Below, in pieces: positions 63,235 to 64,000 of a stretch of 64,000 nt of DNA. Origin of the DNA: Felis catus (taxonomy: Eukaryota). Where the stretch lies: positions 140,060,001-140,124,000 of the forward strand of contig NC_058368.1 in the NCBI RefSeq assembly GCF_018350175.1, written 5' to 3'. Below the pieces are notes generated by a model. That model was given only the letters and a program-made list of their open reading frames with translations, had not been told where the DNA came from and searched no databases. How positions within the stretch are numbered: the stretch's first letter is position 1; every line of letters begins with the position of its first letter. A program made the translations under genes and the position numbers.

Positions 63235-63450
63235 TGAGGTTTCCAATAGACCTGATTCAAAACCCAGATTTGCCATTTGCTAGCTTTGAAAACTTTGGCA
63301 AGTTATTCAAATTCCCTAAGATTCAATTTCTTCATCTAAAAAAATGAGGAAGATGTATTTACCTTGCAGGCTTGCTGTAAGAATTGGATAAACTGATATA
63401 TGTAAAATCTTAGTCATGTATCTGGTACCTGGTAAATGTTTCATAAATGT
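63235..63450 (+). mobile_element. MIR
   Basis: gattcaaaacccag…gccatttgctagct…ttggcaagttatt…caatttcttcatct. Confidence 0.72.
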
Positions 63451-64000
63451 TAAGATCCTCGCTTCAAACGTATTTCTAAGGGCATCATTTCCTACAGAAT
63501 CTATACAGGCTCATTTTAAGGGTAGGTTCTCAGTTTAGCATTCAGGGCCCTTTGGCAGTTGTCTTTGTCCACATCTCTTGTCTGTCCCTGATGTGACTTT
63601 CCTGTTCCTGCCAAGTAAATTTCCATACGTCCCACAAGTGACTCATACTTTCTGGCCTCCATGGCTCTTCTGTTATTACAACTGCATTGCATTTAGTCTT
63701 TAAACAGCTCTCAGCATTGGACCTCCTCTCTACAACCTTTGATCTCATTCTGTGTCAAAGCCTAGTTTGGTATTAACTTCTTCCAAAAACCCAGTGCCAC
63801 TCTCTTCTTTGCACTCTCCTTTACCACACATGGTAGATAAATTTCTGACAACACCTGTGACTGACCTCTGTAATCCAACACCTTCTCTTACAGTGTAACC
63901 TTGTCAAGAGATAGTCTGTTTCTCCTACCTTTGAAAGTGGGTGGACTCTGTGACTTCTTGGGCCAATAAGATGTTGTCAGATGTCGTTTCCAGTATTTCT

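Noticed and set aside
1..64000. CRISPR array, operon or other novel multi-gene system
   Set aside because: No regularly spaced repeat-spacer array and no long ORFs; the content is ordinary mammalian interspersed repeats.

Overview
Repeat-rich mammalian non-coding DNA, almost certainly felid (cat family). It contains 36 tRNA-derived CAN-SINEs of SINEC_Fc type, most with readable target-site duplications (TSDs), and a young L1_Fc 3' stub. Older repeats include nested L1 fragments, L2/MIR relics, solo LTRs (MLT1/MLT2, MER21-like, ERV1-like) and DNA-transposon relics (Zaphod/MER115, Tigger13a, MER20, MER53). I found no protein-coding gene, structural RNA gene, CpG island or CRISPR array; the ORF track is explained by SINE/L1 translations and chance ORFs. 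I see no evidence of a new multi-gene biological system. The best leads are mechanistic footprints: a head-to-head SINE pair with swapped, inverted TSDs (micro-inversion); a tailless internally primed L1 with a TSD; an in-place inversion inside an L1; a solo poly(A) insertion; a MER53 miR-1302-like hairpin; and motif-rich unique segments inside a SINE-poor zone. Repeat family names come from recalled consensus sequences, not a database search, and boundaries of old elements are approximate.
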